From the human T2T-CHM13v2.0 reference genome, Homo sapiens, in assembly GCF_009914755.1 (NCBI RefSeq), contig NC_060934.1: DNA of 64,000 nucleotides; one strand, written 5' to 3'. The translations under genes were made by a program, and so were the position numbers. A model generated the notes under the pieces. It did no database searches and was not told where the DNA came from. It saw only the letters and a list, made by a program, of their open reading frames with translations. This document shows positions 1-14,992 of the stretch, piece after piece; within the stretch, counting starts at the first letter, position 1, and each line of letters opens with the position of its first letter.

Positions 1-2143
1 AGTCACAGCTTCCTTCAAGTCAGGCTTGAAGGCCACCTCCCCAGGAAGGAAACCTCTTCAATCCAGCAACACAACTCCTGGTCCCGTCTAGAGCTTGTCT
101 GCCAGGAAGGGAAGACTCCTCATTCCAGAGAGAGCAGGTGCCACAAAACTCAGTGTTTTCGCCATTGTGAAGGCAAATACTCATGAAATTAATACACTTT
201 TTCCTCCTTAGATACTGACAATTCCTCTTCTGGAGGTCAGCCAAGGCCATCTGCACGAGTCACGCGTGACAGCTCTAGCCCCACCTTCGGTGTCAGCAGT
301 GCGGCTCCGCTGAGACCCTCCTGCACCAGCCGGGCCGTGCACCTGTTCCTACAACTGCTGTCACCAGACTATAGTGATTCTAAAATAATCAGCAAGCGGA
401 CGTTCCAAAGGATGCATTTTAAAGAAAAATGTGTAAGCTTTACTGCATGAAATCAGCTACATCTTTTGCTACTCCAAAGGCTTTTTGTTTTGCCTTCTCA
501 AGGTTCTCCACAATGATCCTGACAGTTAAGGTTCCCAGTTACAGGCAGAGGGTTGGGCAGGCCGCATCTGATGTTTAACACACACAGAGGATCCACGTCA
601 AAGGATTTTCCCTGTTCACCAACATCATCAGGACAAACTTTAAGCAGCAATAATTTCCCTGTCTGGAAAATTGAGCTCACTTGAGCACTAATGCAACAAA
701 TGTGTTTGACAAAGTTACAGGTGGACCTTCTAGTGAATGAATCACTATTTCAAGGAGGATAATGGCTCACTATTCAAAGGCATGTTTTTGTCAGTTTTTA
801 TAATTTCAGTCTCCTTCATTTGAATCATGAAGTGAGACTTGTACCTGATACATTACAGAATCTCTACGAAATAGACGAAATTCCAATTCTGTACATTCAC
901 TCTCATTCTTTTCCATATGCACACGGATGGTCGTAATTTAAGTTGGCATTCCAACAGGATTTCTAAATTAAAATTTCTACTTTAAACATTACGTGTTAAA
1001 CATTAAACATTCCATTGCTAAACATTTATAACAGGGTCTGCATGGCCAGTTTTAAAGATTTCTTCCTCACTGAAAACAAGTGTTCTGTTCCCTCAGAGAG
1101 CTTTTCATATATTTAACCAATAAATGGTCTACTCTAAAATATTCTAGAGACAGATACATTTGGAGAGGACACACTCAACACAGAAATCCATAACATCAAA
1201 CAACAGTGCACAACCAGCAGTGACAGTGGAAGAGCTGCCATGTGAGTGCCCCTAAAAATACACACAAGCCTGGCTGCTTAAAAGGAATGAATATAGCTAA
1301 ATACTCTTCTGTGAACATTGACGTGTGCAACCTTATAAAGTCTACTGCCTTGCAGAATCCTCCTAGCTGAGCAGCAGTAATCTTCCTTGAAGGCTTTTCT
1401 CACCTACACTGCCTACAAGTGCTCTCTGGGCAGTATTGTGTCTTTGTTTAGAATATCACAGTATCTGGAGGCCTGTAATCTGAAGTCAGGGCCTTATCAT
1501 AAATCAGACACCATCCCCCTCAGGGCTAGTGGGCCAACTTCGACTAATGCAGACTGTTCCACAGTGCCCTGCAGGCGGGCTTGGTGCATCCATACGATTT
1601 TAAGGCTTGGGGCTGCCATTTTCTGCAGTCACAGATGCAGACTTACATATTCATAATGACTGAAAGCAGCACGTATTTTTATGTTCCTTCCGTAATGGTG
1701 GTAATAATAATGGCAATATTTCCCCGATCCTTTAAAAAACCTCCTAACAGCAGTTGTATTCCACCCCCTTCCTTAAAATTAGTAGAATTTACCAAACTAG
1801 GTGAAATGAGTCTTCATGAGAAAGTGACAAATCAGTATTCATGCAATGGCATAGTAGCTAGGCATACAGTGTACGTCAACATCCCAAACTAAGCACCCAT
1901 CACAGTATTTCCAACTCGCAGGAAAGCTAGAAAAATCAGAAGGCTTAAAATATAATTATAGCAGAATTTCACAACAATGAAAATGAAAAAGAAACCAAAG
2001 TTTCTGCGGAGCATTTGTTAGCAAAGCAAGGAAAGCCATTAACCAGTGCTGATTACATTGCATTTGATTACAGCAGCCAAAGATGCGTCCAGAGGAAGAG
2101 AGACTTTTAAAGATTATTAGTCTTTCGGTGAGAATGGTTGCTT

Positions 2144-2216
2144 AACAAGTTCAGACTACTGGGCTATACCAATAGTCAAGAACAAGTTCAGACTACTGGG
2201 CTATACCAATAGTCAA
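2144..2216. repeat. Perfect 36-bp tandem duplication (period 37)
   Basis: AACAAGTTCAGACTACTGGGCTATACCAATAGTCAA at 2144-2179 and 2181-2216. Confidence 0.95.
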
Positions 2217-2884
2217 TTAAGAAGCAAGGCAAATGAGTGTGAGTCATTTTCCTTAGTTCTTAATGTGTCAAAAATCCCAACACTGCTGAGGTCGCTCATT
2301 CAGGGAATCGATGCTGAATTTGAAGAAACTGAAGAATTAAAGTCTGTGAATAATCTGAATGGATCAATTATTTGAGAGAAGATTTCAAAGCTGAGAAAAC
2401 ACTAATTCTACAGAACCTGAAGTGGAATCTGCTAAGATGTGTCATAACTAATCAGGTAAAAAATATGGAACAGAAAAAGACTTAGGGGAGCAAATTCTCA
2501 GACCCTGTGAGAATATAAAGTGTCTGAGTCCATGGTGGTCCTCTCATTACTCACTAGCAGGCCCTCGGGGGAGAACGTTCCCCCCACCCCCGCACGTGGT
2601 TGAGGCAGCAGCGTCTGGGTGAACGTCACTGGCTCTCTTGGACATAACCATCCTCATCTCCTTGATCTCTCCAGCCCACAGCTCCATCTCCTCAACCACA
2701 GATCACCCTCCCCACACCCCAGCCTGGACGTCACCTTGGGGCAGCCTCACTCACTCCCCTTCTCACCCACAGGCCTTCACTGCCTGACGTCCAAAGCCTT
2801 AAGAACCATTGTTCCACATATTTTCTCCAGGGACAGGGGCAAGTCTAGTACCTGTTATTCCATCTTGGCCAGTAGCTGAGGGCC

Positions 2885-3115
2885 AAGCGCAGCAGAGCTA
2901 AGGGTGTCCACACAGAAGCTGAGCACTGTGTTCTGATCCCAGGTCTGCCGCTGGACTCTGTGGCATTTTGCCTGTCTCCTTTTGACCTCTGTTTCCTCAT
3001 CTCTAACATGAGGTAAAAGAAGTTCCCTCCTTAGCGGATTTCTGTGAGGACTCAATGAGCCAATATGCCCGAAGCATTCAGCATAGCGTCCAGCAGACAC
3101 CAGGCACTGCACAGA
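2885..3115 (+). mobile_element. MIR SINE (degenerate)
   Basis: MIR-core-like CCTCTGTTTCCTCATCTCTAACATGAGG...TGTGAGGACTCAATGAG. Confidence 0.7.
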
Positions 3116-4524
3116 ACTCAGCCTACTCGGCCGAACACACCAGCCACCTCCACCCAGTGCTCTTCCCATCTCAGAAAAAAACACATAACACGTGAGCAGA
3201 AACTGGAAAACAACAAATATGTTCCCAACCTGACTTCCTAGAAGACTCACACACACAGTAGAAATCTTTCTTCTCTGTGTTTGTCAATCACCTTTACAAT
3301 AAATCCAAGCAAAACCACATTAGAACTCAGTGAGTTTAACATCTACTGGAAACCTGGTGAAGATGAAGAGTAAACACTTTTCTGGTCCCCTTTGCTACCA
3401 GCAATTTCCCTTCCTCTATTCAATGGCAAACCAGGTGCTGTAGGAGAGGGCGGTTCCATCACTCCCCTAATTGGTTAGGAAGCTTTCCATGGAGCCTGGA
3501 CCACCCCTAGTCAGTATCAGGGCCTCGAGTGAGCACAGGCAAGAGAACACGTCCATTCCATCAATAGACTAAGCGTGAATGTCCTCTCTGTACAAAGCAT
3601 CATGCTGGCATTTGTACATACACAGCATTTAAGAACCTTAAGAGTACCGCCCTTCCACAAGTTTAAATTCAGCTGAGGAAACCATGTGACTCCTAAAAAT
3701 ATGAAACAGTACCTGCATTCTAAAAAAAAAAAAAAAAAGACCTAGACAAACACACACAACCCCATAATGCAGAGTCAAACTTTCAAAACCACACATCTCA
3801 CATGCAGTGAAACTGTCAGCAACTACAGTCAGCCCAGAAGATCCCTTTTTCCATCTTAGCTCTTTTTAAACAAGGCATATGATGAACAATCAGTTTTTCC
3901 AATCGTAAGAGAGGCATTTTCCACAGACTACTAACCCAACTTCACCTAGAATTTAAAACCATGGAATTCACACATGCTAAAGGAATAAGGATGTAAAATG
4001 GTGTGTTTCCCGTTTGCTACATGTAAGCTTCATTTTTAAAGGTATATCATCAAATGCACTTAAATTTCAAACTCCTGCAGTTGCCCAAAACCCAAGCATA
4101 AAAATATGTGCTTACAGTCGCGTAACGGAGTCGAGCGCAGCAAGGAGACTAAAGCAGGAGTTACCCTCTCAGGCTGGCGCCCTTCTCCGAGGTATGTAAC
4201 AGCCTAATAACTGAGTCCAAGGGTGGAAGGAAACCACTGACCAGCACTTCACACGTTGGGAAGCAGGCAGGGCCATGTGGGCTCCCGGCTTTGATTTGCT
4301 GTTTCAGATCCACGTCACCCACTCTCCTGCTGGAGGCAGCACCTTGGACTCCTGCAAAGGCCGGCATTCAGACACTGTCAGAACCCTGACAGAGAGGGGC
4401 GGATTCCAAACTCACCAGAAAAAACAAAACAAAAAAACCACGTATCTCAACACTGGGACATGCTCTAAGAATAGAAACTTCTAAAATCAATGCCTTATTT
4501 TAGGACTTTAGTAGTTTACATTTT

Positions 4525-4641
4525 AGAGTGTCTGAAGAAACAATTTTTTGCCCCTTTTTAAACTGTAATCGTAGTTACCATTAAGAGTGTCTGAAGAAAC
4601 AATTTTTTGCCCCTTTTTAAACTGTAATCGTAGTTACCATT
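4525..4641. repeat. Perfect 58-bp tandem duplication (period 59)
   Basis: AGAGTGTCTGAAG...GTAGTTACCATT at 4525-4582 and 4584-4641. Confidence 0.95.
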
Positions 4642-5434
4642 TATTAAAAGCCTGGCCAGGAATCTTACCAACATACTTTTTCACGTGACCCTCGCGGGGT
4701 AACCGCACCAGGCCTTCCTCAGAAGCAGTGTTGCTGCTGCCGGTTCACCTGGTGCATGAGCCGCTGACCCACCAGAGGCGCCACCAAACCCTGGAGTGTT
4801 ACAGTTGCCTTTCCTCTCGAGTAGCACACCACAAACAGCACAGACACACCGCACACTGATATTTTTACAGTTCAGTTAGACTTTGACACTTACACGTTCA
4901 GATAGCAACACAGATGCTGCTGCTGAGGAGACAGGTGTCAGCACCTTTTCCTGCCCTCTCCAGAGGCGAGGGCCCATGAGCCCCAGCACACAGAAGCCCA
5001 GGCTTTCTTCATAGCAACCCCTGGCCAAGATTTCTTGGGTCTCTCGCCATGGAGGCGGTGTTCTCAAAGACAACAACGGTGCCTCTGAGGGTCCCAAGCA
5101 GGGTACAGCCGTGGCCCACGACTGCTCAAAGTCAGGCCCATCGGACAGACAGCCTGGCTCACAGGCACCATGCGGAGCAGCGTCTATGGCTGCTGTGATG
5201 CACAGCTAGCGTGCCACAGAGACATCTCATCCACAGCACGTACTGCCTCTGAACCAAGGCTTGGATGAGAGAAATCCCATTCCATACACCATCAAATGCT
5301 GAGGGAGCCATCTCAGAACTGATGTTCCGGTGGCTCAAATCTCTTTGAGATGAACTGACCTATTCAGAAAGGGAAAAATAATTCTTTGTAATTGGAAAGA
5401 AGCTAAACGTTAAGACTCAACTTGGTTGCACAAA

Positions 5435-5850
5435 ACCCAGATCAGCATCATCTGAGAATCTGGAATTACACGTATCCAGGGCCCATCTCAGAGCTGCCAA
5501 ATCAAATCCAACTCCGGCGGAAGGAGGACAGGCACCGGTTTTGGGGGGTTTTTTGTTTTGTTTTGTTTTTTTTAAGACACAATATCACTCTGTCGCCCAG
5601 ACCAGAGTGCAGTGGTGCAATCTCAGCTCACTGCAACCTCTACCTCCCAGATTCAAGCAATTCTCCTGCTTCAGCCTCCTGAATAGCTGGGATTACAACA
5701 GGTGCATGCCACCACACCCAGCTAATTTTTTTATTCTTAGTAGAGATGGGGTTTTACCATGTTGGTCAGGCTGGTCTCGAACTCCTGACCTCGTGATCCA
5801 CCCACCTCAGCCTCCCAAAGACAGGCATCTGTTTTAACAGCCACCCCTGC
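5435..5850. mobile_element. MER5A-like hAT-Charlie fossil interrupted by an Alu
   Basis: CAGCATCATCTGAGAA...GGGCCCATCTCAGA...ATCTGTTTTAACA resembles the recalled MER5A consensus. Confidence 0.4.
5543..5820 (-). mobile_element. Alu (AluS-like), 5'-truncated, with target-site duplication
   Basis: Poly-T tail, then antisense Alu ending at CCTCCCAAAG. Flanks are GACAGGCACCGGTTTT (5527-5542) and GACAGGCATCTGTTTT (5820-5835). Confidence 0.92.
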
Positions 5851-5999
5851 TCCCAGCCACAACACAACTGAAAGTTAGCAGATAATTAACTGGGCTGTTG
5901 ATTCTCTTAATCAGAAAAGACTTCCTAAATCATCTGAATATTTCTGCCAAACAAACATTCTCTCCTCTGCTTACAAGCCGTGAGCACCAGTCAGCATGA

Positions 6000-6296
<297 letters not shown>

Positions 6297-6852
6297 GAGA
6301 AGTGTTTGATAGAGGCTGAGGGGAGGCTCCCATCCCATCCCAGGACATCCACGTCCCACCGAGCTTCCCACACCGACTACAACACTCGAAGCATCACAGC
6401 AAGGGCAGCTGCATCCCCGCAGTTCTCTGCACTAATGCCACAGCTGCGTGAGCTGTCACAGCCCTGGAGCTCCACTCAGCCTTGTTGTGTTGGCACAAGC
6501 ACAGCAGAAACCACCAAGCCCCCAAAAGGGAGGAGTGCGGCCCAGGGACTGAACCAGGAGGCTCCAGGGGTAGCGAGTTCACACACCTCAAACACCTCTC
6601 ACATCAATCCCCGTGCAGGGAGGGGATGGAAGCCACACAGGACCTGCAGTGCTTTCTCCTTGCAAATGAGGAGTGAAGATACCGACTCATGCGTGAAATC
6701 AGAGCTAGAGTTCTACCGTGGGGTGAGACGCTGTTCAACAAGTTTCATAGACCCAAATGAGAGCAAAAAGAAACGAATCATCCAAGATCAGTAGAAGGAA
6801 AGGGATCAGAAATTTAAGCCTGTAACAAGCTTTCGGAAAAAACTTCACTTGA

Positions 6853-7219
<367 letters not shown>

Positions 7220-8599
7220 CTACCTGCAATGAGCCATCTCAGAGCCGTTCAAGAGTAACAAAATCAAAAATGCCAAGGCACGCTCCGTATTTTAGATGGC
7301 CTGCAACAAGGAGGAAATGAACAGCTGTGCCAGAGCTTTCAAAGTTTGTTTGAAGTAAATTCCAGCATGAGGGCAGCGGCTTCCTGGCTGAACCAATGAA
7401 GTGGGCTCCTGCTCACTGCATGGGAGATCAGCTTTCAGGTAAGGTGCGGTCAAGGGTCTGCAAACCACAATCCCCGAGCCTTGGCCAGGGAACCAGAAGT
7501 GATTTTTACACTTCAAAGTTTTAACAAAAGAAAAAGAATATGCAGAGACTTCCGTGGCCCACAAGGCATAACACATTGCCTACCCTGCCCTTTACAGAAG
7601 CTTCTAGCTTTGCTGTCAGCTACAAAGTGTTTCTATAAAATAATGTCATTGATTCTCAAGCATGCCAGGAAAAGTCACACTTTTGAACAACCCTCAATGG
7701 AGATGCACCATCCTGTGTTTAACACAGATTTGAGTTTTGTAAAAGCCAAAACAAGGGAGGCAATTCAGCTAAGTATTATAGTAATACAATTTGAGATACA
7801 TAATGATGTGTGACAACAGAATAACGAATTGGCATTCCCGTGAGAAAATGAACTAGCTCAAACTCAAACGCAAAATAACAAACCAAAGCATGTGTGGCCT
7901 CTTAAAGTGATCAGTGAAATTGGGAATAACATTCGGTTAAATGATACTCATTTGTTTTATATTCTTTTTTAAAAAAAAGCAAAAACAAAACAAATACCAC
8001 TACACCATCACTCCTTAAATTTATTTAACTACTGCTGCAAAATAAAATGGAGAGACTTCTTACTGCAGGGTAATAATCAGCCATCGTCACCATGAAATAG
8101 ACGGCTGTGCAGGCTCAGGCCCTCCTACCCACAAAGGCAGGGGTAGGGAGGAGAGAGGATGGCCACAAGGACATGGCAACCATGACCTAGTCAGCAATTC
8201 TACCCTCACACACCTTTCCTCCTGACTTAAAATTTTGAAGCCATCTGGGTTTACCTTCCTATGTCCATAAGTCAGCAAGTTCTGGAAGCCAGAAATCTAC
8301 AGTGCTTCTGGCAGCCAAGTCCTCTCAGCCTTCCCCCATGTTTTAGGGTCCTATCAGCTCACCCCTGGATAGTATCAATGGCCTCAGAGCTCCAGCCAAC
8401 CTTGCACTCCACAGACTGAAGTATGCCAAGAGCCACTCAAGGCTGCCACTGCCACGACCAAAGGCTTTCAGAGATAGTCATAGCACTGCACAAATCCATG
8501 TGGCTTCATCAGGCACAAAGCAGCTCCAGCATTCCATCCAGCCTGTCATTGCCACCATAGCTGTGAGTCTATGACGTGTCAGGAAGGGAAGGAAGACAC

Positions 8600-8700
8600 T
8601 ATGTAGATCATCTCATTTAAACTTCACAGTGTCACAAGGTGGATTTTGTCGTGCCCATTTTATGGATCAGGAAACAGTTTTAAAGAGGCCAAGCACAGGG
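8600..8700 (-). mobile_element. MIR fragment
   Basis: ATCTCATTTAAACTTCACA...CCCATTTTATGGATCAGGAAAC resembles the antisense MIR core. Confidence 0.55.
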
Positions 8701-11700
8701 CCCTGCTGACACAGGAGCAAGCCCCACAAAGGCCTGGGCATGACCCCCAACCCCACACTCCCTAGGTCCTGACGTCCACTCCTCCCCTGTGGGAGACTGA
8801 TCCTGGGTCTGCATGAATTGCTACCATTCCTAAGACATGACCCACATCTCTCCACCTCCTCCTTTACCAGTTTCCCGCAGCCCAGAGGCCTGCGCTCTTC
8901 CATCCAGCCAGACATCACACTTCAGTACCTGCACCCAACACTACTTCAGCCAAAAGCTTCTCTCAAACCTCCCCTACCACCCGACCTGCCAGTCACACAG
9001 GTCTGCACCTATCGCCTTTCTCACACAAATTCTCACGTATTCCTGTGTAGCACCATCCAACTGATTAAAGTCTGTTGAGAGGAGGAAGCTTTGTAGATAA
9101 GTCCACAACCTACTTTGCTCCCAGCACACTACCTTGCATGAGGCAACCGATTAACAGCAAATTCATTTCAGCACAACATTTCCATTTGAAGAAACGCAGA
9201 GCATGGAGCTCTGGTAATAATTAAAAGCGTGTTTCATTCATCATTTGAAATTCCATGTACTGCTGCAACAGCAGCATCCCCCTCCTCGCCAGGCTCTGCT
9301 CAACAGACGTTATTCTTCCAGCGCACGACTCCCACCGGAGCCCCGGCAGCAAGAGCCCCGCAGGCTTCCCAGCGCCCTGGGCTGCGGCTTCCACGCTGGA
9401 CCGGCACTGGCCTAACGACACGAGAGTGGTGCCCCCACAATTACAGGATCTGAAGCTGGCCGACTGCTCTGTAGAATGGAGACATGTGAGGAATCCCTGA
9501 CATTTCCAATGACAGGCCGCTCAGCTAAACCGGGAAAAATCCACAAAACAGAAAGAACCCACAGGGAGAAGCACTTCTCTCTCCAACCTGACAGCAAACA
9601 GTGGCTGTGCGGACGACCTCTTCGGGATAACGTCGACCACATCTCAGGTCAGCAACAGCCCCACTGAGGGCCAATCAGCTCCCCCCGGCCATCACACTTC
9701 CTAAGGGTCAGCCCTGCCAGGCCGCCTCTCCTGGAAAATCAGCTGTGACGCACCCGCGAGGGTCGGGAACCGGCTCCGGGGCTCATTTCCCAGGCTCCTG
9801 CCCACTGCCCTCTCTCTTCCTCTCCTCCTGCATCCCCCCTCCTTCACTCCCATTCTCCCTCCCCCTTTCACTTCCCTTCTTTCCTTTCCTCTCCCTCCCT
9901 CATCTCCTTTCAGCCCTCACCTTCCTCACTGCACTTCCCCATCCAACTCAGCTGACACATTCTCAGTCAGGTCAGTAGAGGGTTTTCTTTCACTCTGTTT
10001 TTATTGCAATGATTATTCTTAATGAACAGAAACGTGTTTTGGACCATCTGGATGCCACCTCATGACCAGCTGCTGCCCCGTGGGCTCCGTGTCCACTCAG
10101 TGTCCTCACGGCGCTGGTGCCCAGCAGTATGGCTGTGACCAGGGGTAGCAACATGGGACATGGGAGAGGTATCCCAGCCAAGAGGCCCTGCAAAGCTTCC
10201 CCAGCAAACCAGAGCAAGGCCCAGGGCAGTAGGGAGAGCACCGTGCTCATAATGTAAGCAGTTCAGCTTCCAAAAACTGTCCATCAACTGCGAATTATTT
10301 TGTATCCATGGTTACAAAAGAACCATAAGCATTCCGAAATATGTTCTTGGTTTCATGTTTGCGAAATCTAAGCAACATTATAATAAAAAATCACTGAATT
10401 CTGCCCGAGGCTCTAGGGGTGTTTTCCTCTCTGAAAGGAGACCCTTCTCGGGATTGAGTGACAGCCTTCGATCACGGTTATCCTAGTGGTAACAGGAGAC
10501 TCCCTCAGCCTGCCGGGAGCTGGGGCCCTCGACAGCCTCATGGCTCCACACGCCAGTGTTCTAAGGATCACACGTGTGCAGACAGCACCTGGCATGTGTG
10601 CAGCAAGCTTTGCTAACACGCCCCAAACATCTCACTCATACTTGCTAACCACATCTCTTCTCTCAGCCTCCACAGCGTTTCACACTCTGCCTTTATATTG
10701 CAGTTAACTGTGCATCCTGAGCGCCACAAAAATTCAACTCCGTCCAGGCAGAGGGTTGCATCTTTCCATCACGGGGTCCCCATTCCAGCCAGCACAGGAT
10801 TTGCAGAGTGGGTGAGTCTAATGTTGATGACACTCTCTCAATATTCCCATCACACCCCTCCAAAAACAAAAGAGTACTGCCAGCTTCTTACCGAGGTTGT
10901 AATGAGAAAAATAGTTTTCTATTATTTGTCACTTTTTAATGTAATACTTGTGAAGATGTGACTTTGTATGTACACTGTAAGCACTCACACGGTCAACATT
11001 CTGCTCTCCAGTGACTGTATTCACAGATCACAAGGACAAAACTTCTCCATAATAGACAAAAAAAAGTTTTTTAAAATGACTTCCATTCATCTGAAAGTCA
11101 CAGATGCGGGTTTTCCTCCAAATGATCCACAAGCCAGCTTTAATAAACACGTTGGTGCAGGTGAGAAAATGACCCCTCAGTCTCCCTCCCCTCAAAGACC
11201 AGGGCAGCCAGGAAACTGCACTCTCCAGTAAATGACAGCCGGCGGGACTCGCTAAACAGGCAGCCGGAAGATTGCCATCTCGCAGAGAGAGACTTTCAAG
11301 ACTCAAGATGTCCCCGCTCCCTGAATATCCTACAAAGGACAGGGCTACCCAACTGCGGACTGAGGCAGTAAATAAACATGTTTTCAGCAAATAGCATCAT
11401 CCACCCACGAATGAGAGGTACCATTTTCATTCTCGGAGGGAAATGCTACAAAGCACGTACATTTTAGCATGTAAGTGAATTATTTGGGAGTTCCTGTGTC
11501 TGCTGTCATAATGCAGCATGTCACCTCAAAAGGCAAAGTTCTATAACTCACATCCAAGGAAGGGAAAATCATGCCAAGTTTTAGCAATCCAGTAACAACC
11601 TGATGATCAAGAGAAGCCTACTTGTTCCAGACTCTAAGCAGCAATATATTGCTACAATGTAATGAAAAAACAGGGATGATTAAGAAAATTTCAATGCTAA

Positions 11701-11736
11701 TAAAAGACAAACATAACTGGATTTATTCTACTCTAG

Positions 11737-12099
<363 letters not shown>

Positions 12100-14721
12100 T
12101 GATTATGTGCTTCAGAGTCTTGTAGGTACTTAAAAAAAAAGAACAAGTAATTGTGTAAGAGAAAGAAACCATTAACACGTTTTACACATCTCAAAACTCA
12201 CAAATGAAATGCCAAGAATAAAATGTATTTTATTCACAGAAGCAGCATTCTTCAAGTTCTATAAAGTGGTACCATGGACACACCACCACATCACAGACTA
12301 GAGCGTGACAGGACTGCTCAGATTCCAAACACGTTCTGAACGGTCCTCCCTGTCACTTTCCTCAACGGGAACACTTTATTCTGTCTTCTACTCAAATTAA
12401 GTATCTTGCAAGGGAGTTGAAGAAAACTGCATAGCAGATTTTAAAACTTCAATGCTTTTCTCAATTTTTGCCACGTTCTGATGCATTTTACTGACTACAC
12501 GGCCAGTAAGTTTAAAGCTTTTTGCATCGATAAAGACATTGCTGCTTTTAGCAATAGGCTTTTTCTCTTATATACAAACATCTATAACTTAAGCTAGGAA
12601 ATTGGGCATTTCACAAAGATTTTGCACAATTCCTAGCAGATTTTAGCAAAATAAAACCCACTGTTATCTTTCCGCAATTAAATAACCAAGGATAGGAAAC
12701 TGCACGGTTAGAATAACCATTCCATTATTTTACATAAATACAAATGATAAAGTAGAATATGCTTTGGAAAGCAATATTTCAACATGCTAACGATGAAGCA
12801 GAAGACAATTCCTCAGCAGACAGCCTCATATGACGTGTGACAACGGAAGGACTCTGGCCCAAGCCCAGCTAAATGGAAACAGGGTACATGTATTAGTGAT
12901 CGTGGTGGGGCACCCTGATAGCCACAGTCCAGGAAAGAACAGGTAACATCTTTCTTCTTCATGGGAAAACCGAAACATACTCAAGAGACCCTGATTCTTT
13001 GAAACACAATCTGCCCCAGCACTAACCTTCAGCTCCCATTGATAAAGTTTGCCATAACCACAGAGGTGTTTATCCAGGCCCTCGAAAATCAAGGCCATGG
13101 TACATAATATTTCCAAACACTCAATGCTGCCACTATCTTCAATGTGCTATGATACTAGAGGTCTTGTGCAGGACCAGAAGCATCGCAACGCGGTTTCCTG
13201 TTCTGGTGTTCAATGCTTTGTATGTGCAAAGCCTGCTGTTACAATTTACTGGGTTTAATGTGATTCGGTTTGTCACAGAAGAGAGCTATGAAGTTTATGT
13301 AATTCCACAGATTCTCAGGTTCACCTTCCACGAGTGACTGCTCTGCCCACGAGACAGCAGAGGGAAGACCCACGAAAGGCCTAGGAGATGCCAGGCGCTC
13401 ACAAACTGGTATCAATCAGTCTGCTGGTCTTGGCTTCAAGGAAAATAGACAGAAGGAACTAAAGGCTCACTACAGCTAATATCACAACGTTCTCAACTTT
13501 ACCTTCGCCAAAAACAGCGGAAAAGCAAAACTACTCCAGGGCATGATTCCATGCTAATCTGAAACATGGAATTATTAATACTTAGAAGACAAAGTTTATT
13601 GTGAGTACAATTAATCTACACATAAAACACTGGTATCGCAAAATCCAGTCTTTGTGATTGCTTTTATAAAAAGTAAAATTCTCATTTGAGGATCATATAC
13701 ATTAACTGAAGTTTTCAAATGAAGGGACTGGTAAACTTCAGGGCATATGATTTCTGCCATACACGAGGGGAGCAGTGAGAGAAAGGAGCTGGGATCAAGT
13801 GTGCTGAGGCCGTCCTAGGACTGAAACTCAGCTTCTGCCAAAACAAACGCAAAAGTCTCTCAACTTCGACAGCGAGCTCTGCTGAGAGTGTCAAGATGTT
13901 GAAGTCGCAAAGGGGCTTCTCCCTGCTATGGGCACGTGTGATCCTTGCAAAAACATAGCTCAGCATCATCAAAACCCAGAAAAGAACACAAGCCTTCCAG
14001 ACATGACATCCAAGAGCAGAAGGGAGCAGAGTCCAAGCTTGCTCAGCAGAACTGTTCCTGGAGGAGAACAGCACAGAGGAAGTCATAGGGAGGGCAGGGC
14101 AAGCTACAGCAGCCTCCATCTCGCCGCAAGCAGGGCCAGAGCCAGGGGCACAGTTTCCTCCCACCCAACTAGGAAGCGCAAGGAGCCAAAGAAGAGTCAA
14201 TTTAGGGTCATTTTCAGAAACGTGCAACAATGAGAAACAATCTGGTCTTACCTGCGCCTCTCCTCCATGGTAACAGCTGAGCTCGCACTTTCAGGATTTC
14301 AGTGGTTTTGTGTCTGTCACATCCCCCACCTCCTTGCAGATGCTACTCCTGCACGTGGGTGCCAGTCTCTGTCCTGCTCCTGAGGCCACACCTGTTGCCA
14401 TCCAGCACAGTGACCAGGAACTCACCTTTGTCCGGGAGAAGCAAATGCAGAGTTCACACGCTCCTGTACGGGTTTGCTGACCAAGAATCTAACTACGCTG
14501 TCGGATTCCAGATGTGCTGGCACCAAGCAGAATGTCACATGTCCAGCATTTATAAATGGTATCAGTGGGGTTCTCCTGGGACTCCCAGGCAGCTGCAGAA
14601 GGAAGGGAGCTGTCGCCCAGTTATCCCAAGCCAAAGCAACACTGCGAGGCAAACGCCACAGACCACATCACACTCGAGCACTCACTGACTCTTGACAATT
14701 ACTCATACGTGTGTTGAAAGG

Positions 14722-14895
14722 CAATGTTAAGAAGCGTTCAGGGTACAGGAGTCAGACAGGCCTGGTCTCAGCCATGGGACAGCAGTAACTGCCCACAAGT
14801 CCCGTATCTAAGCCCTGACTTGCCCATCCGGCATTCCTTCAGAAACAATGCCCACCTCACAGTGCTGCCATGAGCGCTAAATTAGCATGTACATA
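14722..14895 (+). mobile_element. MIR fragment (highly diverged)
   Basis: GTTAAGAAGC...GGAGTCAGACAG...CCCACCTCACAGTGCTGCCATGAG. Confidence 0.45.
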
Positions 14896-14992
14896 CACAA
14901 CCACATTCATTTCAATTGTGCTTTCTACTCCAATTTAATACAACCAGGTGCTATCATTGAGACTGAATAACCAATATTAAAACAGAAGATCA

